The position numbers were made by a program, and so were the translations under genes. A model generated the notes under the pieces. It did not search any database and had not been told where the DNA came from. It saw nothing but the letters and a program-made list of their open reading frames with translations. 64,000 nucleotides of DNA from the human T2T-CHM13v2.0 reference genome, Homo sapiens, in assembly GCF_009914755.1 (NCBI RefSeq), contig NC_060934.1; one strand, given 5' to 3'. This document shows positions 44,114 through 57,875 of this stretch, piece by piece (the first letter of the stretch is position 1; each line of letters starts with the position of its first letter).

Positions 44114-44519
44114 CAGTTTATAGCCCCACTAATTACTGATAGATGTGGTGTTATTCCGGAAATGCATTCTTATCAGTACAGGCATTTCAAGAGAGGAATA
44201 AAATGCTGACAACATTATTTTTCCACTTACATTGACCAAACCCAGGCAAGCACATTAGTATAAGGCTTAAAAGGGGATTTTAAGTATATTTAAATGTTTT
44301 GTTGTGGTTTGATGTTAAAATATGTTTGCTTATATTTTAAATGATTAGAGTTCTTGTCAAAGTCTCCATCTATCTTCTTCCTCAGGGACATTGATGGATT
44401 TGCTAATGATTTTTAAACTACATCGTGCAATATAAATGCTAATTAACCTTCCTTAGATATGATACTGTATATTTAATACATAGCAATCCTTATTTTTAAA
44501 GGGATTTAACTTCCTTTTT

Positions 44520-44661
44520 TCCCTCCAGCTTTATGGAGATATGATTGACAAATAAAAATCATATGTATTTGAGATATACAGGGTGATGATTTGATATATT
44601 TATACATGCTGAAATGTTCCCCACAATCAAGCTAATTAACACATTCATCATCTCGCATAGT

Positions 44662-44697
<36 letters not shown>

Positions 44698-44772
44698 TGT
44701 CGTGAGAACACTTAAAAATCTATTCTTTTATTGAATTTCAAGCACAATGCAATATTATTAACTATGATCACC
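44520..44772 (-). mobile_element. L1MA 3' end containing (TG)~16 at 44664-44696
   Basis: gatatatgattgacaaataaaaat...cacaatcaagctaattaacacattcatc. Confidence 0.75.
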
Positions 44773-45257
44773 AGGAAATGGAAGAATGATTTAACTTCTG
44801 TTTTACTTTTATTGAAGAAGTTTATTCTAAACTTTTAAAGCAATCACATTGTTATTCTCCATTAACTTTATTTAGAGTGTGAAACATTTCTAATTACCCA
44901 TTTCTAAACACTTTAGCTTTAGTATGGAAGAAATGGTATCATCTTACCTTCTTGATTTCATGAGTCAAAATCTTTGAAAATATGTAAATTTATCCAAAAA
45001 AATCTTTAGTATAGTCTGAGTGAGAATGAGTCGAAGCCTTAATAGGTAAGTGAGATATCTGAGACCCTAATCAACACTTTCAACTTCGCTGATAAAAAGA
45101 CTTCTGGTTACTTGACATGTGATTTTTACATATTTTGTAATCAGTCTTCTCACAGGATGAGGCTTAATTTTAAAACCACATTGGGCTATATGTATATAAT
45201 TCTATATCCATTATTAAAATGCTGTTGTTTTGTAAGCGAGGAAAGGTTAAAAATTGA

Positions 45258-45407
<150 letters not shown>

Positions 45408-45544
45408 TGATTTCTAAATTTGATGATCTGATCTGTTCAATAGTTATAATAATCATATTAAATAATTACCATTATAATTGTGTTTGGCATGCATGGGCAT
45501 TTTGCTCCTGAGGATTAGGGGGCAGTGATTTTTATTCTGGTTGA

Positions 45545-45691
<147 letters not shown>

Positions 45692-45766
45692 TAAAAATAT
45701 AATAATAAGAATAATAATAAAATTTAAAAAGATATTTTAAAAGATTAGAAATTAAAAATAACTTAT

Positions 45767-46040
45767 GGACAGGTGCAGTGGCTCACACTTGTAATCCCAG
45801 CACTTTGAGAGAAAGTAGGAGGGATGCTTGAACCCAGGAGTTCAAGATCAGCCTGGGCAACATAGCAAGACCCTGTTTCTACCAAAAAAGTTTTAACAAA
45901 TTAACTGGGCATGGCAGGTGCGTGCCTGTAGTCTCAGCACTTTGGGAGGCCAAAGCAGGAGGATCACTTGAGCCTAGGAGTTGAAGACCAGCCTGGGCAA
46001 CATAGCCAGACCCCATTTTTACAAAAAATAAGAAAAAAAA
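45767..46040 (+). mobile_element. Left-left Alu dimer (AluJ/FLAM-like), related to 43679-43950
   Basis: Two left-arm monomers; 65-bp identity with the 43.7-kb element. Confidence 0.85.
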
Positions 46041-47737
46041 GTCCCACTGAATTTGAAGTGGATGTCAAAAGTGTAGCATATGTATGCATTAGCAATATTG
46101 TATGTATAAAATATATAGATATCATGATCAAAATGCAAAACAAAACTCGTAAGTGGGTATTTTACTATTTTCCTTTGTTTGAGAGCTCAAAATTACTAAC
46201 AGCATTTATAGTCAGTAAGGCCATTATCTGACATATATTTATAATTCTCTGTGGGACTTAAAATACAGGATGATTATAGAGCAGTTGATGAGCCTATAAA
46301 CCAAAGATTTTGGTTCATATTCTACAGAAAGCATGTTATGAGATATATTTTCATAGCAAGGGTGGTTTATAATAATCACATGAACATTCTTAGTAAATTT
46401 CTATGCAATATCTCAAAGGTTATTAGTCAAGATTGGAGATATAATCTAATACAAAAATAGAACATGTGGTTTTGATGTCATGTTGTAATTAGCTAACCCT
46501 GAAACTTAAGCTGCATAATTTACTGGTGTCAAAGAGGTTTACTGATTTTGACAAGTGGCAAAGATGGTTTTTCAGTTGCTAGAGCTTTTCAGAGACTGAA
46601 TAATCATTTGTTGGAAATACAGGATGAAGACTTGTAAATTTGTTTTGTTATTTACTCAACCATTTTGTGCCTCAGTTATGTTCCGGGTACTGGGAACACA
46701 GCAGTAAACAATATTGACATGGTCCCTGCCCCCCATGAAGTTTACAGTCTGCCTGAGAATAAGTCCCTTTCTCACCTTCAGAGTCTATGAAAAATGTTTC
46801 TTTCCCCAGGAGGGAAACCGAATATTCATGCTGTTAATCCGTGTATGTTACACCCGAGCTTTCGGTTGTATGAGCAGTCTGTCTTATCATCTTCTTGCTA
46901 TAGCATTTGCTGTAACGATAAAGACATGCTCCAGGAATACTTTAAAACTTATTGAAGAATGCAAAAATAAAATGCCGATATTTTGATCACAAGCTTTGGG
47001 AAACATTTTTAACTCACTAACCTTAGAGCAACTACTGCAGTATTATGGCTAGAACAATATTATTTATGATAACGTCTGTTTTGTTTTCGATTTAACAGGG
47101 CGTTCTAGTTATTTCCTTTGTGAAATGAATTCCAAATAATAAAAAAGCAAGCAGGTAGTTTGCAGTTTTAAAAGGAGATTTTTAAGTTAGTTATATATCC
47201 AAAGTAGGAGGAACTGCTATAAAAGCAAAGGTTTCTGGTTATTTATATTGATATTTTACTAAGTTTTCCATAAAGATTATATGCATATCAGAAGTTATTC
47301 AAAATCTGTTTAGATAACGACATAAGGGAATCTAAAGAGACGGCATTTTAATATGTATATTTAAGGAATTCTGAGCTCAGAAATGGAAAATGTCCAAAGG
47401 AATTAAATAGGAGGCACTGGTTTGAGCTGCATACCTACTTCAGATCCATTTCAGTGATCACCTCGTCCAAGTCTGCATGAGGTGCCTATCAGCTATGTTT
47501 CTTTGCATCCTGGGCAAGCCGCCATCATTAGCATTTTGTGTAGGGCTTGCTGACGCTTGTTCATTTGTCGTCTTCTTTGCTAGGCTCTAAGTTTATTAAA
47601 GGCAGAGACCATATCCAATTTGCCCTTATATCTCCAGAGCCTAAGAACATACCTGGGACTGCAGAAAAAAATGGATGAACAAAGGAATAATGATTAGCTT
47701 CCAAACGAAGGAATCATGCTAAAATTTGTCTAGCACA

Positions 47738-47818
47738 AAGGGTTTCCCAAGATGAGGGACTTTCAATGCTAAAACCAGGAAAGTCCAGAAAAAAAACAAG
47801 GACCATTTGACCCCCCTA
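47738..47818 (-). mobile_element. MER81-like (hAT-Blackjack) fragment
   Basis: gggactttcaatgctaaaaccaggaaagtcc...tgacccccctaa. Confidence 0.6.
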
Positions 47819-50349
47819 ACCAGAAGACAATTAGAAGAATTTTTGACTTAAATCATTTTATGGTAAATGAAGGTTTTGAAGGTTCATCTAGAAACCTGCT
47901 TACCACTGACCATTTCATTTTTTAATATAATTTTTGATGAAATATATGTTTAAACTTCCAAACAAGCAATTTTGACATTCGAAACATATCTGCAAGTTGG
48001 AATCTGCTTCTACTGTTAATACTTTCAGTTTATTGAGAGATGTCTCTGCCAGACATTAAGCCAAGGAATTTTCAAATATCAAACTTAACATTTTCACAGT
48101 GAAGGAAACTGAAATTTTTAGGAGCTGAGCTACGTGTGCAGGGTCTCATAGCTCATAAGTGATAAGTTTGGAATCAAACCTCCGTCTTTGTGACACCCAG
48201 CTTTTGGTCTTGTGTTTTCAATACCTGCTCTGTGTCACACCTGCCAGGTTGCAGGTGCATTAAGCAAGATAATTTTCATTGCTTTCTGAAAAATTGTAGA
48301 CATATTACTGAAAAATAAATCTTTCCTAGTTGATACCACAAGAAAGTATCATCGTTTTGAAACTGGCGTAAGAAGAATGTAGAGGAAAATCGAGCAAAGT
48401 CTAAGACTTTTGCATATTATTGAAAGCATAGTTTCTTTAAGATTACTGGGGAAAAGAGAGTTGGTGAGGCATATGAATGAGAAAGAAATTCATCAAAGAA
48501 CGCTACTAAAAAAAACTACAAGTTTTCTGAATGTTACCTTTTGGTGTTTTATTGAATACCGAACACTTACTTAAAATCTTGGATTTATTTTTAATTCTTC
48601 AGCAACCCAGTTATATACATATCAAAACCTGTTTAATTAATCGGTTTAACTATGCCTCATTGCACTTTTGTTCAACTTAATTTCCCCACTGCATTTTATT
48701 AATTTCTCCTTAGACCTGTAATCTTCAAAACTTTGCTTTGCTGCCCAGAAGCATTTCCCCAGACTTTAGAGCTTTTATGAACAAATTCAACAAAACAGGA
48801 GAAGTCTTATCCTAAGCAGCACAAAAATTGCCCCTCTGATTTTTTTCTCCCATAGCTCTTACTTTCTTCTTTGTGCTTACTTATCCCTGAATGATAATCG
48901 GTTGGTGGTAATTACTGAACTCTCAAGTAGGGCTTGCTCTAAAAAGATAAGATAATTTTAATTGGTTTGTTTATTTCATTTAATTTCCATTTTTCAAGGA
49001 GCAAAAACTAAGGCAAAATGTTTGCAATGGCTTTCCCAAGCTCTGAGAGAATTTGAGTTAGAGGAACATAAGGAGATCCATGATCTCAAGTGCTTACTTA
49101 AATTACTTGGTCCATTTCTTTGAACTAAGAGTGCTTATGTTTCCTCATTGCAGACTGAGAATACCTAATCAATCACTTTCAACTGTACCTTATAGCTTCA
49201 CTCATTCCACAAAAATCTGTGAGTGTCTCTGTTCAAGTCACTTACCAAGATTGTGCATTCAGTAGTGAAAAAAGACAGACAAAATCACTTCCCAAGGAGA
49301 GCTTTCATTTTGGTATACGGAGACAGAGTTTAAGCAAATAGATATATAGAAAGCAGAGTTAATAGTGATGAGTGTTATGGTAAGAGAAATAAACAGGAAA
49401 ATGTAAGGGGATAATATAGCAAAATTGGTAACAATAGCAGGAGTTTACTTTTTGATATCGTCTTTAAGTAACCTTGCTCTTTTGAAGAGAGCATGGTTTG
49501 ATTAGTTTTTAAATGAAAATATGTTCTTTGCACTTAAAGTATTCATTCACTCATGTATTTACTTAACAATGTATAGAATGCATAACACATGTCAGGCATT
49601 GATCTAAACACTGAGGTAGTTAGAGCTATAATCAAGTTTTAATCAAAACCATAACTCTCATGGAGTTTGGAGTTTAGCTTAGTAAGCCAGAAAATTAATG
49701 AATTAATAATTAGGCAAACAAAGTCAGATAGTGATGGATTGTCTGCTGGATTTGAAAGAGCCAGTAGTTGTTCTTGACTCGGCGGCCAGGAAAGGCTTTT
49801 TGGAGGGGGTAATAAATAAACAAAGATCTGAATGATGGGTAGGCAGCTACAGCGAAGTGAAAGCAAAGAGCCTTGCAATGCCATTTGAATGGCCCACGCA
49901 CTGGCCCTATGGTGGGTCCAAGCTTGACCTGATGAGGAAAGGAAATAAGCCTAGTGCATTGGGAGAATTCCCAGCTGGTTTGGAGTGAGAGTGACATCAG
50001 ATAAGCTCAGAAAGCTACCCAAGTGCTGGGACACAGATGACTCTGTAAGCTAGGGAGAGTTTTATCCTCAGAATAATGGAAAGCATTTAGACTTTATAAC
50101 TTATGCGAAGAAGGGATGTGATTTTACCATATTAAAAAAATGGAACTTTGGCTGCTTCATGGAGAACAGAGTTTTTGTTGGTTTGTTTATTTGTTTGTTT
50201 GGGGAGTGGTTTAGAATGAAAAGGAAGAGGCTGGTAGTGAGCTTGTGCAATAGTGCACAGGAGGTATGATAGTAACTTGGACGAGGATGATGATTCTGAG
50301 GATCAGGAGAGATGAATGAATGCAAGGTGTTTGGGAAGGAAACCGGTTA

Positions 50350-50383
<34 letters not shown>

Positions 50384-50387
<4 letters not shown>

Positions 50388-50961
50388 AAGTTTATTGAAG
50401 TATAATTTACATATAATAAAATACACACATTTTAAATGTATGAGGCAGCTTTAAAAAGCGTAAATTCCCATGTAACCATCACCACATCAAAATACAGATT
50501 TCCTTCATGTTCCTTTACAGCGAATTCCTCCTCACCTGGTACCACCACCTTATGTAGCAACCATTGATCTTCTTCCTATCATCATACATTTATTCTGCCC
50601 AATCTACACCTATATATAAAGGGAATCACACAGTATTTACAATTCTGAATTTAGCTTTCTTTCACTCAACGTAACATTTTTTCAATTAATCCATACTATA
50701 CTAGTTCAAATATCAGAAATTTGGTCCTTTTAATAGCTGAGTGAGTGAATACACAACAATTTATTTACTATTTGCCTGTAGATGAAGACTTGGGTTGTTT
50801 TTAGAGGCTTTTATGAGTGATGAATAAACCCACTATGAATATTCATGTACAACTATTTTTACAGACAGATGTTTTCATTTCTCTGGGTTGGGTGGTAAAT
50901 AAGTAACTTTAAAAGGGACTATCAAATTGGTTTTCTATAGTGGTTGGCTATTTTACATTTC
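50384..50961 (-). mobile_element. Old L1M (MD/ME-like) 3' end, preceded by (TG)16
   Basis: tttattgaagtataatttacatataataaaatacacacattttaaatgta. Confidence 0.75.
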
Positions 50962-51239
50962 TTTTTTTTTTTAATTTTACTTTAAGTTCTGGGATACATG
51001 TGCTGAACATGCAAGTTTGTTGCATAGGTATACATGTGCCATGGTGGTTTGCTGCATCTATCAACCCACCATCTAGGGTTTAAGCCCTGCATGCATTACA
51101 TATTTGTCCTACTGCTGTCCCTCCCCTTGTCCCCTACTCCCTGACAGGCCGTGGTGTGTGATGTTCCCCTCCCTGTGTCTGTGTGTTCTCATTGTTCAAC
51201 TCCCCCTTATGAGTGAGAACATGAGGTGTTTGGTTTTCT
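50962..51239 (-). mobile_element. L1PA8-like 3' end
   Basis: ttaagttctgggatacatgtgctgaac...tttaagccctgcatgcatta. Confidence 0.88.
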
Positions 51240-53119
51240 GAAACAGATTATTTACTAATGAATTAGAAGTGAAGTAGATGGGAAAAAGAAGAATCAAGGA
51301 TATTTCTTAGATTTCTGTTTCAGCAACTTGGTGGATTTTGGCACTCTTTTGAGATGGGTAAGACAGCACAAGAAATAAAGACTAGGATGAAAAGAAATAA
51401 AGAGTTTGCTTTGGGACAAGATAAGTCTGAGATGCCTATCAGACTTCAAGTGGAAATGTTGAGTAGATAGGGGATATGTAAGCCAGGAATTCCAAGAAAG
51501 GCTAGAGGTTCAGATTGTAGAATCATTATCATATAGATAGTGTTTAAATTCATGGGACTGAATGAAATCAGCTATGGAGAGAGTATAAATTGAAAGCAGC
51601 TTAAGAGGTTTCAGAAACTGACCTTGTGGCATGGCATCATAAGGTATGATGCTAATTTTTCATTACATAGAATTGTTTTAAATACATTTACATACAGGTA
51701 TGTTTGGATAGACATAGAAAACCTCTGAAAAGATGTGAGAAACAACAATATTTGTCACTCAGGAAACAAGTGAAGAGGGAGAGACATGAGACTGTTACTG
51801 TTTATTATGGACTTTTTGTATGATTTGAATTTTTGCCACCTGAATTGGGAGACAGAAGGAGGAACCAGCAAAGGAGAAATAAGGAAACATAAGCTCTTCT
51901 AAGGAGTAGAAACGCACTTTTACTCATTTTAGCATCTTCCACAATACCCAACACAGTGTCTGGACAAATGCAGATATTTTACACCTATGGTTGGACTGAA
52001 TTATGCAGATAATTGAGGCCAGGAATATCTACTTTCCTGAGAATTCTAATTGCCCATTTTGGCTGTTACTATCCACTGGGTTTTGTCAATGTTAACCAAA
52101 TTGCTATAGAGAGAAGTAAATTGGAGCATGGCATAAGATATTCGCAGTGAGGCATGTTGAACACTTAACCTCTTGGTGTTAGTCTTTTGGTGCCTCACTT
52201 TAAAACAAAATTTTCCACCTCATATTTTCTTTGATCCAATCAAAGTTATAAGCTTGCTCCTGGTAAAAACATATAAATAAAAGTATTCCATGATTCCATC
52301 CATTAAAAGAATAAACAGAATAAGCCCCTCCTTATTAATGGTAAAGATATGTATTTACAGAATAGTAGTATCACATAATTATTTGGGAAAAAATATGAGA
52401 TGATGGAAAAAAGATATTTCCTAACAACTTTTCTACATTTTTCAACTTTGTTATTTCTACTGCATTTCCCTGAGTGTACTCTGGAACTGCTGTTATTTTC
52501 CATTGAATGAACTTAATTCCTTTGCAGTAATGAAAAGAGAAACAAAAAGAATCACCTATATTTCATAAATTAATTGATTTAAAAGTAGGCGCCAGTGTTA
52601 TACTTGTTTTATGTGTATATAAAACATAATATATAAAAATTATATGTAATATATAAATTATATTATATATAAAATTATATACAAACGATATATAGTTTTA
52701 CATAGTGAAATCTAAATAAATCATGTGTATTATATTTCAAAAAATCTGAAAATTTATCAAGTCAGAAATGTTGGCTAATTGGTTAATAATATGAAAATGT
52801 ATTATTGATTAAAATTAATTAAGGGTTAAAATAATTCCTTCTTACATAGGGGCAGCTAATTTTTGCAAATAAACTGCATTCATATCATATGCTCATTTAG
52901 CTTACAGAAATTAAACTAAGTTTGGAAACAGACAGAGACAGAAAACAAATTTAAGTAGTTCAACCAATCCAACCTTTCCCAAATCACTAATCTTTTGCTT
53001 CTGAATGAAAGTAACAGAGAAACATGAATATGCCTTTTTCCTTTGGTTTTGTCTCTATGTGCCCCTTTAAGTGGGTATATTTGCAGCATTAAGTGTGATT
53101 TTAATAAAACTGTGGGTAT

Positions 53120-53468
53120 GTCCTTTGCAGGGATATGGATGAAGATGGAAACAATAATTCTCAGCAAACTAACACAGGAACAGAAAACCAAACACCGCAT
53201 GTTCTCACTCATATGTGGGAGTTGAACAATGAGAACACACAGACACAGGGAGGGGAACATCACACACTGGGACCCGTCAGGGGATGGGAGGCAAGGGGAA
53301 GGAGAGCATTAGGACAAATACCTAATGCATGCGGGGCTTAAAACCTAGATGGCAGGTTGATAGGTGCAGCAAACCACCATAGCACATGTATACCTAGGCA
53401 ACAAACCTGCACATTCTGCACATACATCCCAGAACTGAAAGGAAAAAAAAAAAAAAAAAAAAAAAAAA
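53120..53468 (+). mobile_element. L1PA8/10-like 3' end with 14-bp TSD
   Basis: TSD aaaact(g/a)tgggtat at 53106-53119 and 53465-53478. Confidence 0.92.
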
Positions 53469-54687
53469 CTATGGGTATTTTCCATACAGTGAGGTTTTCA
53501 AAGTAAGCCAACAACTTTATGTAGGGTCAACCCAAGGCCTCACAGTCCATTCTGACATTGCAGGAAAAACTGGGTGTATTAAGAGACAATGTGTCAGGCT
53601 CCTGAAGAATGTCATACCAAGGGAATTCCTAGCATATTTTGACTTTATCTGAGTTTTGCCTACTTGTTCACCACAGAGCCTAGCCTTCCAACAAGGGGCA
53701 GCTTCCATGCTCATCCTTCAGGGGCATATAAAGCATTCTCTTGGACTAATTTAGCTATAAGAATTTTAAGATTGAAAGGAGAGAATTAGGACACCACAAT
53801 TGTTGAATGACAAGCCAGATATTCTTGGAATATATGACCAAGAGTAAAATTTGTAAATTAAAATAAATCACTAGTTAGAGTCAGTATAATTGTTCCTGTT
53901 CAAAGGTACCTTTTATATCCTAGAGACAAAGCATTGCTTATAACCCTTTTGCCATTATGGTCTAAGTTCATATTTGAAGCTACTTTTAGACTATAAATTT
54001 ACATGATTGTTTCATATAAGGAAATTAACTCACTTTAGTGATTAGTTGTGAAATTCATACCTAATAATCAAAATGAAAGCTATGTAGGAAATCCAAGAGC
54101 CCGGTTCTAAAATTAATTACAACTTTAGGCTTATTTTAATGGTTTGGGATAGGATAAAGTTTTGCTTGCCAAAGCACCTAATTTCAGATAGACATTTAGA
54201 ACTCACCAAGCATTAAGAGTTTTACAAACTTTTGTTGATCCAGGTTCCAATATGCTGACTTCCTTGTAAGTTGACACTCCTTCTTTTTGCTTATCAGAAT
54301 TACTGATTAGTAATATTCTGATAGCTAAAAATGTTATAACTTTCACTATATAAGTTGAATGCCAAGTTTAAAATTAAAAATACGAATCTACTTCTAATTT
54401 GGACAAAATCCATTTTTGTCTTTGCTAAAAAAAGTCCTTGCTGAAATATCAGATTCAACAAAATTATTTAATTGAAAAATATTAATTGGAATACTTTATT
54501 GTCATGCTACCTAGTCATCATAGACAGAAAGAGAGAACTGCTGTCATTTCTAATTGAAGGCATCAAAGAGAGATTAGACTTTAATTGTTTGCAGTTAACA
54601 ACAGTGCATAAATTGCTCATAAGTCTGAAATTGATGACCACACTAGCGTAGGTCTGAACTACATGAGATTCTTTCTCTAGAGTGTAT

Positions 54688-55247
54688 TCTTTTTCTCTTT
54701 AACTTTTATTTTAGGTAAGAAGTACACATGCAGGCTTGTTATATAGGTAAACTCACGTCATGGGGGTTTGATATGTGGATTATTTTGTCATCCAGGTACT
54801 AAGCCTACTAACCAATAGTTACTTTTTCTGATCCTCTCCATCCTCCCACCCTCCGCCCTCTGGTAGGCCTCAGTATGTGTTGTTCCCCTCTTTGTGTTCA
54901 CGTTTTCTCGTATTTAGCTCCCATTTATAAATGAAAACATGCAGTATTTGGTTTTCAGTTCCTCGGTTAGTTTGCTAAGGATAATGGCCTCCAGCTTCAT
55001 CCATGCTCCTGCAAAGGACATGATCTTCTTCTTTTTTTATGGCTGCGTAGTATTCCATCATGTATATGTACCATGTTTTCTTTATCCAGTCTACCATTGA
55101 TGGGCATTTACATTGATTTCACGTCTTTGCTATTGTGAATAGTGCTGCAATGAATATATGTGTGCATGTATCTTTATTCTAGTAGGATTTATATTCCTTT
55201 GGGTATATACCCAGTAATGGGATTGCAGGGTCAAATGGTGTATTCTA
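54688..55247 (-). mobile_element. L1PA15/16-like 3' end
   Basis: ttaacttttattttagg...ccaggtactaagcc...cccagtaatgggattgc. Confidence 0.87.
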
Positions 55248-55583
55248 TAGTAAGTGTATTTGGCTTTCTGTGTCAGGATGTACTCAGCTGCCGGGTACCT
55301 GAGGTTGAGGAGCATTCAAAAGTTGAGGAAGCATTCCTGAGTTATTCAAAAGATTCAAAAAAAAATCCCAAGAATACTATGGGAAAGGAGGCCATATTTT
55401 ATGACCTTAGGTGAATTACGTGGAAATGTCTGGTTGGATACCTAGTGGCACAGCCAGCAATAAACAATCTCACCTTGAACAAAGCAATAAAGCCTGCTTA
55501 CTCTGTATCCCAGAATGGAAAATACATCTGGCCTCTAGATATATCAGATTCTGATATTCCTTAAAGCTGAATGGACCCAATTT

Positions 55584-56850
55584 CAGTAGTTCTCAAAGTT
55601 TCTTTTTTGTAGATCTTTTTGCTTTTATTATCTTTAATTGACATAACAATTATACACATTTATAGGGTACAGTGTGATATTTTAATACAGGTATACAATG
55701 TATAATGATCAAATCAATATAATTAACATATCAATCACCTTAAACATTTAGTATGTCTTGGTGTTAGGAACGTTTAAAATCTGCTCTTCTATTGTATATT
55801 TGAAAATATACAATAAATTGTTAATTACAGTTATTGACATAATTGTAATTCCTAGCACATAATTTACTTCAAAGCTTTTTGCAGGTCTTCTTAATGGGTA
55901 AGGCTGCATGTCTGACTCAGAAATGGATAGAAAATAAATGCTTTAGCTTTTAGAAAACATCATCAATATCTTAATTAGGATGTCCCTATTAAGAAATGTA
56001 AAATAGTCATCTTTTCACTTTTCTGGGGGATAGCTTTTAACAAAAGTGAAAAATCAGAATCGATCTCGATGACACTTTCATAATTTTCTTACAGAAATAT
56101 TAAAAGAGCTGGGTTGAGTGTAAACATGTATTTTAAATGTCTTTCTATATTTTAACATTACGTTCCCCACAAAACAAATAACTAAACTGTAAACTATTTT
56201 TGAAAAGTGTTCTCATTTACCATCATATCAGCCATTTCAATAGAAAACTGTTAATCTAAAGTTCTTTTTATATTCAATACTCAATTAAATATATATTTCA
56301 TAGAGAAGTACATAATAGATGCTGTTCATCCAGTGATAATAAAAGGATATTTGACTCGTTTCCCCCCAACTCATATAAGTGTAAATAAATGTGAATGTTA
56401 TTAAATATATACTAAATATGTGTTATTAAATATATATTAAAATAGTTAAAAGTTAATTGCCCAAAAATAGAACACTAGAACTTATTCCTTCTATCGGGCT
56501 GTACTTTGTATTCATTAACAAACTTTTCAGTATCTCCCCCTTTCCCCATCCTTTCTTACCCCTAGTAGCCATTATCCTATTCTCTACTTCTATGAAATCA
56601 ACATTTTTAGCTTCCATGTGTGTGAGAACATGCGGTACTCATCTTTCTGTGTCTGGCTTATTTCACAGCATAATATTAATATTAATACAGTTAAGAATTG
56701 GCACAGAATTTTGTCAAGATGCAGATTGCTCTACAGCTCACTAAAGATTCATATTCAGTAGGTCCAAAGTGGATCCCAGGGATTTGGCTTTTTAATAAGC
56801 CTTTTTGGGGAATGCTGAGGTAGTCTAGGACTAGGGCAGTAGAAATGCTG
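55584..56850. mobile_element. MER5-like element split by an antisense L1MA (55605-55835 and 56455-56675)
   Basis: cagtagttctcaaagt at 55584; gcagattgct...attcagtaggtcc...tttttaataagc at ~56720-56800; collinear L1MA pieces between. Confidence 0.6.
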
Positions 56851-57754
56851 ATCTTGTATGTCTGAGCTAAGGGGCCTGGAAGCTGCAGTGATTTTGCCTA
56901 AGTTGTATGGAAGCACTTATTCATCCTTAATATGGAACTGAGAAATATTATAGAAAAAATCTGTAGATATATTTATTATTAAAACATATTAAGAGCTAAT
57001 GAAGTTGAGCCTGATAAAAGAAAGTAAGAAGCTTTTGAATAAGTGTAGTGTATATGATAAATAAATCAGAAGATTTTAGAATGTTGTGAACTAGTTAAAA
57101 AGATTGGAACTTTCTTTAGTTCTGAGTTGATATTAAATTATTGCTATCCAAGTGGTAATCAGTGTTTTAAAGAAATTTAAGGAGGTTCTAAAAATGCCAT
57201 ACAACTAAGATGGTTGTTTTTAGCTTACAATGCTATAAGAGATAAATTGAACTTTGAATTTATTTTAGTACAAGACCTTTTATAATCAGTTTTTTTTTTC
57301 AAATTTTAATGAAGAATCTTCGCTTTTCTATTAAGCTGCTTGTCCTGAAATATAGCATAAACAAGATTGTCTTTTAAGAATGCAAAGTAAAAGTTTATTT
57401 TTACCTCCTTTTAAGCCTTCCAAACCTAAGTTTAACAAAAGTGTACTAATTATTTTTGTGTGGATTAAATATAATAATACAGTGAGGTATGATGTTATTT
57501 TATCCATAACATAAAAGCATTTTGAAATATATTTTGATGTAAATAATGCTTTTGAAAAAAATACATAAGGTACTAATAACAGGGCTTCCCTTTGGAGAAC
57601 CTGTCATGAATTGGAAACTGGCATAAAGAGAAATACGTATTACCATTTCATCATAATCAGATCTTTGAAAGATTTGAATTTTTACCACACACACATATTG
57701 TGTATAATAAAACCATCGATAAACAAAGGAACACACTTTTTAAAAGAAAGGTAG

Positions 57755-57757
<3 letters not shown>

Positions 57758-57800
<43 letters not shown>

Positions 57801-57831
57801 CACACACATATATATACACACACATATATAT

Positions 57832-57864
<33 letters not shown>

Positions 57865-57875
57865 CACATATATAT
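57758..57875. repeat. Compound (TA)n/(CA)n microsatellite
   Basis: Direct reading; source of the spurious YI-repeat ORFs. Confidence 0.97.

Larger units (their letters stand above)
49195..51620 (-). mobile_element. L2 fragments (antisense), interrupted at 50353-51239
   Basis: attcattcactc tail; L2 sequence continues from ...ttgggaaggaaaccgg to gaaacagattatttactaatgaattagaagtg...aatcaaggatatttcttag. Confidence 0.75.
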
